A stretch of DNA of 64,000 bases from Acidimicrobiia bacterium (GCA_041581135.1 JBFGCM010000002.1:7307-71306), one strand, 5' to 3'; counted from the first letter of the stretch, positions 15,214 to 25,116 are shown. Numbers and translations: made by a program. The notes: generated from the sequence alone by a model not told the origin.

Positions 15214-15992
15214 TGGTGCTCACCGGCGCCGCCCGAGTCGTCGAGGCACGAGCCCGTGTGTACCGCCGCACATGGCGGGGCAGCATCATCTCGACCTTCT
15301 TCAGTCCCATCCTCTACCTGCTGGCCATGGGACTGGGGCTGGGCACACTCGTGGACGAAGGGGCCGGCGAAGCCACCCTCGACGGCATCACCTACCTCGC
15401 GTTCCTCGCTCCAGGGCTGCTCGCCGCAGCCACCATGACCACCGCCGCCGGGGACGCGTCGTGGCCCGTGATGGTCGGCATCAGGTGGGAGAAGACCTAC
15501 CACGCCACCCTGGCGACGCCCGTGACCGTTCCCGATCTGGTGTTCGGCCATCTCGGCTGGATCGCCATTCGACTGACGTTCGTCTCGGTGGTGTTCGTGG
15601 GGGTGATGGCTGCCTTCGGCGTGGCGTCTCTCGGACTGGGGCTGCTGGCGGTGCTGCCGGCCGTGCTCAACGGGTTGGCCTTCGCCGCACCGATCTCGGG
15701 ATTTGCTGCCTGGCTGGACAAAGAGACCGGTCTCAGCAACATGTTCCGGTTCGGCATCGTGCCGATGTTCCTCTTCTCCGGTACGTTCTTCCCCATCACC
15801 CAACTCCCCGGCTGGCTGCAACCGCTGGCGTACGTGACGCCGCTGTACCACGGGGTCGAGCTCACTCGGGCCACGGCGCTCGGTATCGCCCCGGCGGTCC
15901 CCCCGGCGCTCAGCATCACGTACCTCGGTCTGTGGATCCTGGTCGGCATCGCCTTCGGAGTCCGTGCCTTCGCAGGGAAGCTGCTGAAGTGA
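15213..15992 (+). CDS. ABC-2 family permease, subunit 1
   Basis: Six-TM hydrophobic protein. Its start overlaps the ATPase stop (ATGA). Confidence 0.75.
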   Translation: MVLTGAARVVEARARVYRRTWRGSIISTFFSPILYLLAMGLGLGTLVDEGAGEATLDGITYLAFLAPGLLAAATMTTAAGDASWPVMVGIRWEKTYHATLATPVTVPDLVFGHLGWIAIRLTFVSVVFVGVMAAFGVASLGLGLLAVLPAVLNGLAFAAPISGFAAWLDKETGLSNMFRFGIVPMFLFSGTFFPITQLPGWLQPLAYVTPLYHGVELTRATALGIAPAVPPALSITYLGLWILVGIAFGVRAFAGKLLK

Positions 15993-16807
15993 CGACCGGC
16001 ACCGACACACTGCTCGCTCGCGTCGTCCCGCCGGCCGCCCTCGGTGGCCGCCGCGCCCGCCACCTGCTCGAGCGGAACTACTTGGTGAACCGTCGCGCCT
16101 GGATCATCATCTTCTCCGGGTTCTTCGAACCGCTCTTCTACCTCTTCTCCATCGGAGTCGGCCTGGGGCAACTCGTCGGCGAGGTCAGCGGTCCCGGCGG
16201 GAAGCTCGTCAGCTACACCGCCTTCGTCGCACCGGCGCTCCTGGCGTCGGCTGCGATGAACGGCGCCGTGTACGAATCCACCTACAACATCTTCTTCCGC
16301 ATGAAGTACGGGAGGATCTACGACGGGATCCTGGCGACACCGATGGCGCCCGGGGACATCGCGATCGGCGAGATCGCGTGGTCCCTGATCCGAGGGGTGC
16401 TGTACGCCATCGGGTTCATGATCGTGATGGCGTTCATGGGTTTGGTGCTGTCACCGTGGGCGATCTTGGCCATACCCGCCGCGGTGCTCATCGGCTTCTC
16501 GTTCGCCGCCGTCGGTATGGCGGCAACGTCGTACATGAACAGCTGGCACGACTTCGACATGGTGCAGCTCGTCACCCTGCCGCTGTTCCTGTTCTCGGCG
16601 ACCTTCTACCCCCTCGACGTCTACCCCACGGCCTTGCAGTGGATCGCTCGGTTCTCGCCCCTCTATCACGGCGTCGAGCTGATCCGTGGCCTCACCCTGG
16701 GCGTCCTCGACTGGTCGATGGTCGGCCACACGGCGTTTCTCGTGGTGATGGGCGCAGTGGGTGTGGTCGCCGCCTCGCGCCGGCTGGTGACGCTGCTGCT
16801 GTCCTGA
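15989..16807 (+). CDS. ABC-2 family permease, subunit 2
   Basis: GTG at 15989 (GTGA overlap with permease 1). It is in frame with the C-terminal 272 aa of ORF 15272..16807, and a multi-TM profile begins with VTTGTDTLLARV. Confidence 0.7.
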   Translation: MTTGTDTLLARVVPPAALGGRRARHLLERNYLVNRRAWIIIFSGFFEPLFYLFSIGVGLGQLVGEVSGPGGKLVSYTAFVAPALLASAAMNGAVYESTYNIFFRMKYGRIYDGILATPMAPGDIAIGEIAWSLIRGVLYAIGFMIVMAFMGLVLSPWAILAIPAAVLIGFSFAAVGMAATSYMNSWHDFDMVQLVTLPLFLFSATFYPLDVYPTALQWIARFSPLYHGVELIRGLTLGVLDWSMVGHTAFLVVMGAVGVVAASRRLVTLLLS

Positions 16808-16869
16808 AAAGGGTTCGGCGATCATGTCGGGACCGCTGCGGTGCGACGTGATCCAACGCGACGGTTAGG

Positions 16870-17415
16870 TTGAGCTCCGTGACTCGAGTCGTGTTGGTGG
16901 ACGAGGACGATCGAGCAATCGGGACCGCCGAGAAGATGCAAGCTCACGTGGCCCCTGGGTTGCTGCACAGGGCGATCTCGGTGTTCCTCCTCGACGGCGC
17001 AGGGCGGGTGCTGCTCCAGCAACGTGCCGACGAGAAGCACCATTTCCGTGGGCGCTGGTCGAACACGTGTTGCACGCATCCGCTCCCAGGCGAGGACGTC
17101 GTCGCCGCAGGGGAACGACGCCTTCGAGAAGAGATGGGATGCCGGGCTGAGCTGACATCCGTGGGGTCGTTCCTGTACCACGCTACCGATGAGGACTCCG
17201 GGCTCGTGGAACGTGAATTGGACCACGTGCTCGTCGGGTATTTCAATGGGGTACCTAAGGTCAATCCAGCCGAAGTGCAGGCCTGGGAATTGGTGGAGAT
17301 CGCCAGCCTCAGTCGAGACCTGAAACAGCGCCCAAGGCGCTACACGCCTTGGCTGGCGCGGGCATTGGTCCTGGCAACCGAGCTGGGCCGACCTCATCGT
17401 GAGGAGACCGAATGA
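16870..17415 (+). CDS. idi: Isopentenyl-diphosphate delta-isomerase, type 1 (Nudix)
   Basis: ...SVFLLDGAGRVLLQQRADEKHHFRGRWSNTCCTHP...ELDHVLVG carries the IDI-1 signature with its catalytic Cys/Glu context. TTG start. Confidence 0.85.
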   Translation: MSSVTRVVLVDEDDRAIGTAEKMQAHVAPGLLHRAISVFLLDGAGRVLLQQRADEKHHFRGRWSNTCCTHPLPGEDVVAAGERRLREEMGCRAELTSVGSFLYHATDEDSGLVERELDHVLVGYFNGVPKVNPAEVQAWELVEIASLSRDLKQRPRRYTPWLARALVLATELGRPHREETE

Positions 17416-17520
17416 CACGACATCACAGGTGCGAATCGAGCGAGGGGATCCAAGTGAACGCCTCGACCGTGGTCGCGCTCCAGCAGAAGGGCCACGAACA
17501 GAACGATGCGTGAGCCATCG

Positions 17521-19386
17521 ATGCTCGACAGTCTCGACCTACCGACGGATCTCGGACACCTCGATCACGAATCCCTTGACGACCTCGCCGACGAGATCCG
17601 CGAGCACCTCGTCGACACCGTTTCTCGTACTGGCGGTCATCTCTCGCCCAACCTCGGTGTTGTCGAGCTCACGCTGGCGTTGCATCGGATGTTCGAGTCG
17701 GGGACCGACCGCATCATCTGGGACGTCGGCCACCAGGCCTACGTCCACAAGATGCTCACCGGCCGCGCCGGCCGCTTCGACGGTTTGCGCCAGACCGACG
17801 GGCTCTCGGGCTACCCCAGCCGAGAGGAGAGCATCCACGACCTGATGGAGAACAGCCACGCGTCGACGTCACTGAGCTACGCCCTGGGCCTTGCCGCCGC
17901 TCGCCGTGCCAACGACCCCAGCTACGTCGTGGCCGTCATCGGCGACGGAGCGCTCACGGGGGGCATGGCGTACGAGGCGCTGAACCACATCGCGCAGGAG
18001 AAGCCGTCGCGCCTCGTCATCGTCATCAACGACAACGGGCGGTCGTACGCCCCCACCGTGGGCGGTCTGGCCCGCCATCTCGCCTCGCTGCGCATCGACC
18101 CGCGGTATGAAGCCACCAAGACGGCGATGGGACGCATGTTTCGGCGCCTCCCGATCGTCGGCGAGGCGGCAGACGAGGCGGCCCGGCGTGTCAAGGAGAG
18201 CTTCAAGCAGTTGCTCCAGCCATCCACGTTCTTCGACGTCCTCGGCCTCAAGTACGCCGGGCCCATCGACGGACACGACCTCCCCCTGATCGAAGCCACC
18301 CTGGAACGGGCGAAGGAGTTCGACGAGCCGGTGGTGGTGCACGTCGTCACCGACAAGGGGCGCGGCTATTCGCCAGCCGTGGAGGACGAGATCGACAAGC
18401 TCCACGGGGTGGGTCCGTTCGACATCGCCACGGGCCGTGCCGACTCCACGTCACTCAAGTACACCGACGTGTTCGGAGAAGCACTGGCCGACATCGCCGC
18501 GGTGCGCCACGAGGTGGTCGCCGTGACCGCGGCCATGACCTCCTCGACCGGGCTCAGCCGCATGGCCGACACCTGGCCGGATCGGGTCATCGACGTTGGA
18601 CTGTGTGAGCAACACGCCGTGACGATGGCTGCCGGGCTCGCCATGGGTGGGCTGCGGCCGGTGGTCGCCATCTACTCCACCTTCTTGCAGCGCGCGTTCG
18701 ACCAGATCCTGCTCGACGTTGCTCTCCACGACCAGCCGGTGGTGTTTGCGCTCGATCGGGCCGGCATCACCGGCCCGGACGGTGCCTCCCACCACGGCGT
18801 GTTCGATCTCTCGTATCTTCGCATGGTGCCCGGGATGGCCATCGCTGCTCCGGCCACTCCTCTCGAGCTCTGCCGGCTGCTGCAGACGGCACTCACGATG
18901 GACGGACCGGTGGCGATCCGATTCCCCAAGGCGTCGGCCGACGCCATGCCGGCGGGTCCGTTCGAGTCACTGCCGGTGGGTGAGTGGGAAGAGCTCCACG
19001 AGGGCGACGACGTGTTGCTCCTCGCCACCGGACGCATGGTGGATATCGCGGGCAAGGCTGCCACGCTCCTCGAGGAAAGCGGCATCAGCGCCGGTGTCGT
19101 CAACGCCAGGTGGATCAAGCCGCTCGATCCGAGGCTGGAGGACTGGGCGACACGCCATCCTCGTCTCGTCACGATCGAGGACAACGTGTGTGCGGGTGGT
19201 TTCGGAGCGGCGGTGCTGGAAGCGCTGGCGTCGGCCGGCATCTCGAAACCGGTGCTCACTCTGGGGGTCGCCGACTCCTTCCAACCCTTCGGCGACGCCC
19301 AGACCATCCTGCAGCGCAACGGCCTCGACTCCGAGTCCATCGCCGAGTCGGTCCGCGAGTTCGTGGCCGACCCGGACCGCACGTGA
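17521..19386 (+). CDS. dxs: 1-deoxy-D-xylulose-5-phosphate synthase
   Basis: MLDSLDLPTDL...GHLSPNLGVVELTLALH...GDGALTGGMAYEALN with the TPP-binding motif and transketolase-like C-terminus. Confidence 0.9.
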   Translation: MLDSLDLPTDLGHLDHESLDDLADEIREHLVDTVSRTGGHLSPNLGVVELTLALHRMFESGTDRIIWDVGHQAYVHKMLTGRAGRFDGLRQTDGLSGYPSREESIHDLMENSHASTSLSYALGLAAARRANDPSYVVAVIGDGALTGGMAYEALNHIAQEKPSRLVIVINDNGRSYAPTVGGLARHLASLRIDPRYEATKTAMGRMFRRLPIVGEAADEAARRVKESFKQLLQPSTFFDVLGLKYAGPIDGHDLPLIEATLERAKEFDEPVVVHVVTDKGRGYSPAVEDEIDKLHGVGPFDIATGRADSTSLKYTDVFGEALADIAAVRHEVVAVTAAMTSSTGLSRMADTWPDRVIDVGLCEQHAVTMAAGLAMGGLRPVVAIYSTFLQRAFDQILLDVALHDQPVVFALDRAGITGPDGASHHGVFDLSYLRMVPGMAIAAPATPLELCRLLQTALTMDGPVAIRFPKASADAMPAGPFESLPVGEWEELHEGDDVLLLATGRMVDIAGKAATLLEESGISAGVVNARWIKPLDPRLEDWATRHPRLVTIEDNVCAGGFGAAVLEALASAGISKPVLTLGVADSFQPFGDAQTILQRNGLDSESIAESVREFVADPDRT

Positions 19387-19407
19387 CGGGCTCGTAGCAC
19401 CACTGCG

Positions 19408-19899
19408 ATGTTCCGTCGCTACACCGACGCGTTCACTGGGGCGATCAGTGACGACCTGGCTCCCGGGGAGACGGTGCTGGCAGCGATCCGCGCCTACCCA
19501 CCCGGGGGTATGGCCTGGCAATACGGACTCGTCATCTTGCTGGCCGCCACGCTCGTGCTGGCCACCAACCAAGGCATGGTGGTGGCCTTTGCGGCATTGG
19601 GCCTGGTGTTGGTCGCCTGGATCGCGGCGGGTCGCTTGGGAGTCCGGCCCCCGCTGCTGGCCATTGGGGCCACGAACCAGCGGTTGCTCATCTACCGGGC
19701 GAGCGACGTGTTTGGTGGCCCGCAGGAGCTCATCCGTCAGTACCGGCGCGACCAGGTGGCCACGATGGACAGCCAGCGTGCCGGTCTGAAGCAGGACGTG
19801 GTGCTGCGATTCGCCGATGGCACCGCCGACCGGTTCGAGGCTGCCGCGCGCGAGCGCGTAGGCGACCTCGCCGAGGTGCTCCGCCGACTGGATTTCTAG
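19408..19899 (+). CDS. Hypothetical membrane-associated protein
   Basis: 163-aa ORF with a central hydrophobic hairpin and good codon bias. No family recognised. Confidence 0.5.
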   Translation: MFRRYTDAFTGAISDDLAPGETVLAAIRAYPPGGMAWQYGLVILLAATLVLATNQGMVVAFAALGLVLVAWIAAGRLGVRPPLLAIGATNQRLLIYRASDVFGGPQELIRQYRRDQVATMDSQRAGLKQDVVLRFADGTADRFEAAARERVGDLAEVLRRLDF

Positions 19900-19927
19900 A
19901 CTCGGCCGCTCATCAAGGAGGCCGCAC

Positions 19928-20611
19928 ATGGGAGAGATCGTCCACTTCTCGTCGAACGGAAAGAGCGCTCAGGGCTACCTGGCCGTCCCCGAGTCGGGCT
20001 CGGGCCCCGGGGTCATCGTCATCCAGGAGTGGTGGGGACTGGTACCCCACATCAAGGAGGTCGCCGACCGGTTTGCCGCCGAAGGGTTCGTGGCGCTCGC
20101 TCCCGACCTCTTCCACGGTGAGACCACTACCGAGCCGGACGAGGCCGGCAAGATCATGATGGCCATGGAGCTGGACCGCGCCGCCCGAGACATGTCGGGG
20201 GCCGTTGATCACCTGCTCAGTCTGCCCCAGACCACCAGCTCCGGCGTGGGCGTCGTCGGTTTCTGCATGGGGGGTGGCCTCGCGCTGTGGCTGCCGTGCA
20301 TCAAGCCCGAGGTGAAGGCCGCCGTCCCCTTCTACGGAGCCTTGCCGTGGGAGGGCGTGGAGCCGGACTACTCGCAGACCGATGCGGCGTTTCTGGGCCA
20401 CTACGCCGCCGATGATCAATGGGCGACGTTGGAGTCCGCTCGCGCCATCGCCGCCCAACTGAAGAACCTGGGGAAGACCGTCACGTTCCACGAATACCCG
20501 AACACCGACCACGCGTTCTTCAACGACCACCGGCCTGAGGTCTACGACGCCGAAGCCGCCGGCCAGGCCTGGGACCGCACCGTGGAGTTCCTCCGCGAAC
20601 ACCTGGCGTGA
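19928..20611 (+). CDS. Dienelactone hydrolase family protein
   Basis: GVIVIQEWWGL...GVVGFCMGG...DHAF is the DLH fold signature. Confidence 0.8.
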   Translation: MGEIVHFSSNGKSAQGYLAVPESGSGPGVIVIQEWWGLVPHIKEVADRFAAEGFVALAPDLFHGETTTEPDEAGKIMMAMELDRAARDMSGAVDHLLSLPQTTSSGVGVVGFCMGGGLALWLPCIKPEVKAAVPFYGALPWEGVEPDYSQTDAAFLGHYAADDQWATLESARAIAAQLKNLGKTVTFHEYPNTDHAFFNDHRPEVYDAEAAGQAWDRTVEFLREHLA

Positions 20612-20645
20612 CACGCTTGAACGTCGGTTTGGGTACCCTGCACCC

Positions 20646-21488
20646 ATGGACGCGATCAGGCGGTTCAGCAGACCGGTGTTGCGTCGGCCAGTGGCACTGG
20701 TTGCCTTCGAGGGGTGGAGCGACGCATGCGATGCCGCGTCGGGCGTGCTGTCGTACATCATCGGCCAGCACGACGACCTCGAACCGTTCGCAGCGATAGA
20801 GCCGGAGGAGTTCTTCGACTTCCAAGAGCACCGTCCCCGGGTGACGATCGACGACGGCGGCACCCGCAGCCTCTTCTGGCCGGAGACCAAGTTCTACGCG
20901 CTCCAACGGGAGGATCGTGACCTGGTGCTGGTCCTCGGCGAAGAGCCGAGCTTCCGCTGGAAGACCTACTCCCGGCTCATCACGCAGATCCTGCACGAGA
21001 CCGACGTCGAGGATGTCATCCTGCTCGGCGCCTTCATCGGCCAGGTGCCACATACTCGGCCGGTGCCGGTGATCGCCGTGGCCACCGACCCGAGCCGGGT
21101 TGCCGACACCGGGCTCATGACGTCTTCGTACGAGGGGCCTACGGGTATCACCGGCGTCATGATCGAGGCGTGTCGCGAGGCGGGTCTGCCCGCCCTGAGC
21201 TTGTGGGCGGCCACTCCCCACTATCTGGCCGCCAATCCGAATCCCAAAGCGATGCTGGCGCTGCTTCGCGCCGCCGAATCCGCCTGGGACATTCGCCTGG
21301 ACGATGCCGAGCTGGCCACGGTCGCCTCCGAGTTCGAAACGCGGGTCGACGCCGCCATGCAGCGCTCCGAGGAGTTCGCCGGCTATGTGAACGAGCTCGA
21401 AGCCGCCTCGACAGACGACGATGTCGACCAGTCCCTCAGCAACCAGCTCGTCACCGAGATCGAGGCCTTCCTCAAGGAACAGGGCTGA
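20646..21488 (+). CDS. PAC2-family protein (proteasome-assembly-chaperone-like, actinobacterial)
   Basis: 280 aa resembling actinobacterial PAC2 family proteins. Called from overall family resemblance, not a specific motif. Confidence 0.6.
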   Translation: MDAIRRFSRPVLRRPVALVAFEGWSDACDAASGVLSYIIGQHDDLEPFAAIEPEEFFDFQEHRPRVTIDDGGTRSLFWPETKFYALQREDRDLVLVLGEEPSFRWKTYSRLITQILHETDVEDVILLGAFIGQVPHTRPVPVIAVATDPSRVADTGLMTSSYEGPTGITGVMIEACREAGLPALSLWAATPHYLAANPNPKAMLALLRAAESAWDIRLDDAELATVASEFETRVDAAMQRSEEFAGYVNELEAASTDDDVDQSLSNQLVTEIEAFLKEQG

Positions 21489-21496
21489 CGCGCCGT

Positions 21497-21520
21497 AGCA
21501 TGTCGGGACTCGACCCGACA
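21497..21520 (+). other. Perfect 9-bp hairpin CATGTCGGG-ACTCGA-CCCGACATG whose 3' arm contains the ATG of the downstream Wzy_C gene
   Basis: Seen directly in the sequence. Could act as a terminator for the PAC2 gene and/or occlude the start codon. Confidence 0.5.
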
Positions 21521-22788
21521 TGAACTCTGACCTCTTCCCCTCCCTGCGCCGCGTTGCCCTCGTATTGATCGTCGTGCTCATGCCGATCGAGATCGGCGCC
21601 ATCATCCACGAGGTCGACGGCACCGCCGACGCCTACAACCGCCTCCTGATCATCACTCCGATGGACCTGGCGGTCTTGTTGTTGCTGATCACCTCCGCTC
21701 GCGAGCTGCGGTCCACCGATCGGCGCCTGGGTCTGGGCGGGTGGACGTTGCTGGTGATGGCGGGCTTCGCGGCGATCACCCTGCCGTTCAACGCGTCCTT
21801 GCGCGGCCTGGGCGTCGTGGTGAGGTTGCTCCTCGCCGTGCTGGTGTGGCGGGAGGTGACCCGGCTCGACGCCGAGGATTGGCGCGTGTTGGTGGTCATC
21901 CCCTTCTTGGCCTCTGCCGCCCTCCAAACCGTGGTCGCCTTGCTCCAGGCCATCGACCAGGCTCCTCTAGGCCTCGAAGCGGTCGGCGAGCGCCAGGCGT
22001 TCCACGTGTTCGGGTCCACCGTCGGCGTCCAGGGAACCACCCTGCATCCCTACGTGCTGGCCGGGTTCGCAGTCACGGCGATCGTCGTGGCCATCGGCCA
22101 CCGGACGATCGCATCCGACCGAAGCCGTGCCCTCGTCGTGGGGATCGCGGTGGCCGCGGTTCCCCTCGGTATCACGTACTCACGAATGGCGTTCCTGGGT
22201 TGGGTCGCCATGTTGGCCGCGCTCGGTTGGGGTGCGATGCGTCGGCGCGCCGAATTTGGTCCCGTCCTGTTCGCAGTGGCGGCAGGCGCACTGGTGCCGG
22301 CACTGGTGTGGAGTGGGGGGTGGGTCGACCGGGCCTCGGACTCGGTGGGCACCAACATCGATTCGATCTCGAGCGCCCGGATCACCCGCATCGAAGAGTC
22401 CATCGATCTCATCCGGGACCACCCTCTGGTGGGCGTCGGACCGGGCCACTACACCGTCGCGCTCGAAGAGGACGTGCCGGGCCTGACCCGTTACGACGCG
22501 GTGCACACTGTGCCGCTCCTCATCGCAGCCGAAAACGGCCTGATCGCCGGGCTCGTCATCTTGGGCCTGCTCGGCTTCCTCGGCATACGAGCGTTGCGGG
22601 ATGGTCCGGCTGCGACGGCCGTGTACGTGGGGTTCATGCCCTTCGTCCTGCTCGACAAGTTTCCCTACCGCCACCCCAACGGCATCGTGATGCTGGCCGT
22701 CTGGTTGGCCATACTCGATCTCCTCTCCCGGAACCGGGCGGAGCTTCCGAGCGTTGTCCCAGAGTCGGCTGCTGCTGCGCAGAGCTAG
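21520..22788 (+). CDS. O-antigen ligase / Wzy_C-domain polytopic membrane protein
   Basis: 422 aa with about 10 TM segments and a periplasmic-loop block ARITRIEESIDLIRDHPLVGVGPGHY typical of the O-antigen ligase/polymerase (Wzy_C) family. Confidence 0.7.
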   Translation: MNSDLFPSLRRVALVLIVVLMPIEIGAIIHEVDGTADAYNRLLIITPMDLAVLLLLITSARELRSTDRRLGLGGWTLLVMAGFAAITLPFNASLRGLGVVVRLLLAVLVWREVTRLDAEDWRVLVVIPFLASAALQTVVALLQAIDQAPLGLEAVGERQAFHVFGSTVGVQGTTLHPYVLAGFAVTAIVVAIGHRTIASDRSRALVVGIAVAAVPLGITYSRMAFLGWVAMLAALGWGAMRRRAEFGPVLFAVAAGALVPALVWSGGWVDRASDSVGTNIDSISSARITRIEESIDLIRDHPLVGVGPGHYTVALEEDVPGLTRYDAVHTVPLLIAAENGLIAGLVILGLLGFLGIRALRDGPAATAVYVGFMPFVLLDKFPYRHPNGIVMLAVWLAILDLLSRNRAELPSVVPESAAAAQS

Positions 22789-22836
22789 CATGCGCCGCCC
22801 AATCGATCGTCTTACCTCGCGGGGGGAACGCGCCAC

Positions 22837-23988
22837 ATGCGGGTCGTCCTGGTCAGATGGGCCCTCGTCGCGATCATCGTCGGGGGCCTCGCCTACTACA
22901 GCGCCAACGTGTGGCGCTACTCAGAGGTGATCGCCGACGTAGGTCTCGTCTCCAGCAGTGCCGACGCCGTCGTCGAGTCGACCGCCTCGGGAACGGTGAC
23001 CCTGGCCCTCCATGACGACGCGCCTCGGGCACTGACCCGGGACGGGACCTTCGGGCTCAGATGGGACGGGGGGTACGCCCAAGTCGGATCCGTGGTCTCC
23101 GCATCGGGCGGCACGGTGACCCGGCGGCTTCCTCCCGGAGAAGAGCCTCCTCCCATCGGTGTCGAGGTCGACCTCGATCGAGCGGGGTACGGCGCCGATC
23201 CGCGCCAGGCACTCGGGATTCCATTCCGCGAGGTGACGATCAGGACCGATCTGGAGCCCTTTCCCGCCTGGCAGGTCCCGGGGGGACCGACGTGGGTGAT
23301 CTACGTGCACGACCTCGGCGGCTCGCGGCACGGGTCGCTGCGGATGATGCCAACAGCTGTCGAACTGGGTCACAGCGTGCTGGCCATCACCTATCGCAAC
23401 GATCCGGAGGCGGCCCCGGACCCGTCGGGCAACACTCGATACGGCGTCACGGAGTGGCGTGACCTCCATGCCGCCGTCGGTTTCGCCACTCAGAACGGTG
23501 CCGATGACGTGATCCTCTTCGGCGACGGGGTGGGTGGTTCCATCGTGCTCGAGTTCATGCAGCAGTCGGGCCGCGCCATCGATGTGGTCGGCCTCATCCT
23601 CGATTCGCCGATTCTGAATCTCTCGGTGACCTTCGACCAGGCCCTCGAGGAACGCGAGGTGCCCCAGATGTACGCCACGGTCGCCAAGCAGATTGCTGCG
23701 ATCCGGTACGACATCCGGTGGTCCGAGCTGGACCACCTCGATGATGCCGCCGAGCTCGATGTCCCCGTGTTGTTGGTGGCCGGGACCGCCGATGAGCTGA
23801 CGCCCATCGAGACGAGCGACGCCTTTGCCGGCGCCCTCGGAGAGAACGTCATCTACCACCGAGTGCTGGGAGCCGGCCACACCGAGGCGTGGAACGTCGA
23901 TCCCGGTCTCTACGAGGCCCGTGTCGCAGCGCTGCTGCAACGGGCCACCACTGATCAGGCGTCGGGCGACGTGCTGTCGTCCTCGTAG
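22837..23988 (+). CDS. Membrane-anchored alpha/beta hydrolase
   Basis: N-terminal TM segment, then VIYVHDLGGSRHG...GDGVGGSIV...H (nucleophile elbow G-D-G-V-G-G). Confidence 0.7.
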   Translation: MRVVLVRWALVAIIVGGLAYYSANVWRYSEVIADVGLVSSSADAVVESTASGTVTLALHDDAPRALTRDGTFGLRWDGGYAQVGSVVSASGGTVTRRLPPGEEPPPIGVEVDLDRAGYGADPRQALGIPFREVTIRTDLEPFPAWQVPGGPTWVIYVHDLGGSRHGSLRMMPTAVELGHSVLAITYRNDPEAAPDPSGNTRYGVTEWRDLHAAVGFATQNGADDVILFGDGVGGSIVLEFMQQSGRAIDVVGLILDSPILNLSVTFDQALEEREVPQMYATVAKQIAAIRYDIRWSELDHLDDAAELDVPVLLVAGTADELTPIETSDAFAGALGENVIYHRVLGAGHTEAWNVDPGLYEARVAALLQRATTDQASGDVLSSS

Positions 23989-24767
23989 TCGAAGCCCTTC
24001 ACCGCCTCGAACCGGGAACCCAGGTTCACGTGGGAGATGTGCGGCTGATTGCGTCGCGAGGTGACCACCCAGGTGGTGATGGCGAGCGCCAGACCGGCCA
24101 GCACCAGGAAGGCCGCCAACCAGTAGGTGGCGGGATTGACCGAAGACGTCGGGCCCAGCGCTTCGCCGTCTGCCTCGTCACCCGAAGGAGGCTGGGTCAA
24201 CGTCACCCCCGCCACCGAGACGTCGTCGGTCGACGACGTGGTTGGCGCCTCGGTCGTCGTGGTGGTGCTCGTGGTCGTGGTGGTGCTCGTGGTCGTGGTG
24301 GTGCTCGTGGTCGTGGTGGCAGCGGTGGTGGACGTGGTCGGCGCGGCGTCGGTGGTCGCGGTCGATGGGGGTTCCGTGGTCGTCGTGGTGGTCGTGGACG
24401 TCGTTGAGGTGGTGGTCGTCGCCGACACCCCCTCGGTCACCGTCAAGTTGATGAGCTCGCGAGCTTCGGTGCCCTCCACCGGTGTGACCACCAGGAAGAA
24501 GCTGTACTCCCCCGGCGGAATGTCGCCTACTTCCACGGTCATCTGGGTGGTCCAGGTCGCCTCGGTCCCCGACTCAGGGTCGAAACGCACGGTGATGCCG
24601 GCAGGCTCCTCCTCGGCCGACACGCTCGCCGGCACATCGGATTGCACCGTCACGATGGCCACGGCCTGAGAGCCTTGGGGTGCAGAGAGGGAGGTGTCTG
24701 CCCACGCCGGAAAGGCCAGTGCAAGCACAGGCAGGGCCAGGACAAGAGACACGACTGCACGCTTCAC
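23955..24767 (-). CDS. Secreted, C-terminally membrane-anchored protein with a long Thr-rich (TSTTTTT)n low-complexity region
   Basis: GTG at 24767 preceded by GAGGTGG. Signal peptide VKRAVVSLVLALPVLALAFPAWA, then a folded N-terminal domain, then poly-Thr repeats encoded by perfect 21-bp tandem DNA repeats (~24236-24340), a C-terminal TM helix and a short tail. Confidence 0.65.
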   Translation of the reverse strand: MKRAVVSLVLALPVLALAFPAWADTSLSAPQGSQAVAIVTVQSDVPASVSAEEEPAGITVRFDPESGTEATWTTQMTVEVGDIPPGEYSFFLVVTPVEGTEARELINLTVTEGVSATTTTSTTSTTTTTTTEPPSTATTDAAPTTSTTAATTTTSTTTTTSTTTTTSTTTTTEAPTTSSTDDVSVAGVTLTQPPSGDEADGEALGPTSSVNPATYWLAAFLVLAGLALAITTWVVTSRRNQPHISHVNLGSRFEAVKGFDYEDDSTSPDA

Positions 24768-24883
24768 GTTCCACCTCGTCGTGCGGCGAGCATACAACGG
24801 CGCCCGAGGTGGGCAACGGAGTTGATTCGAAACGATCCGCCGGCTCGTCGCCGGCAAAGGGCCGGCTCAGAGCGAGTGCGACG

Positions 24884-24976
24884 CTACTTCTTGCGCTTGT
24901 GCCGGTTTGCCTTGATCCGCTTCCGGTACTTGTGCTTGCTCATCTTCTTGCGTCGCTTCTTGATCAGCGAACCCAT
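24884..24976 (-). CDS. Small ribosomal subunit protein bS22-like (AURKAIP1/COX24-domain, actinobacteria-specific 30-aa basic peptide)
   Basis: Reverse-complement translates as MGSLIKKRRKKMSKHKYRKRIKANRHKRKK*. Absent from the ORF track (<60 aa). Sits next to thrB. Confidence 0.7.
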   Translation of the reverse strand: MGSLIKKRRKKMSKHKYRKRIKANRHKRKK

Positions 24977-25116
24977 ACATCAACCTCGAGATATCGAACG
25001 CCGCGGACATCCGCAGCGGAGCCATAGCTTGGCGCTTGTGGGCCACATTCGCAAGCTGCGCCCGGCCTCGCTCCTTGCGGCCACGGGGCGATGGGGGCGA
25101 GCCCGGCCCGCCCAGA

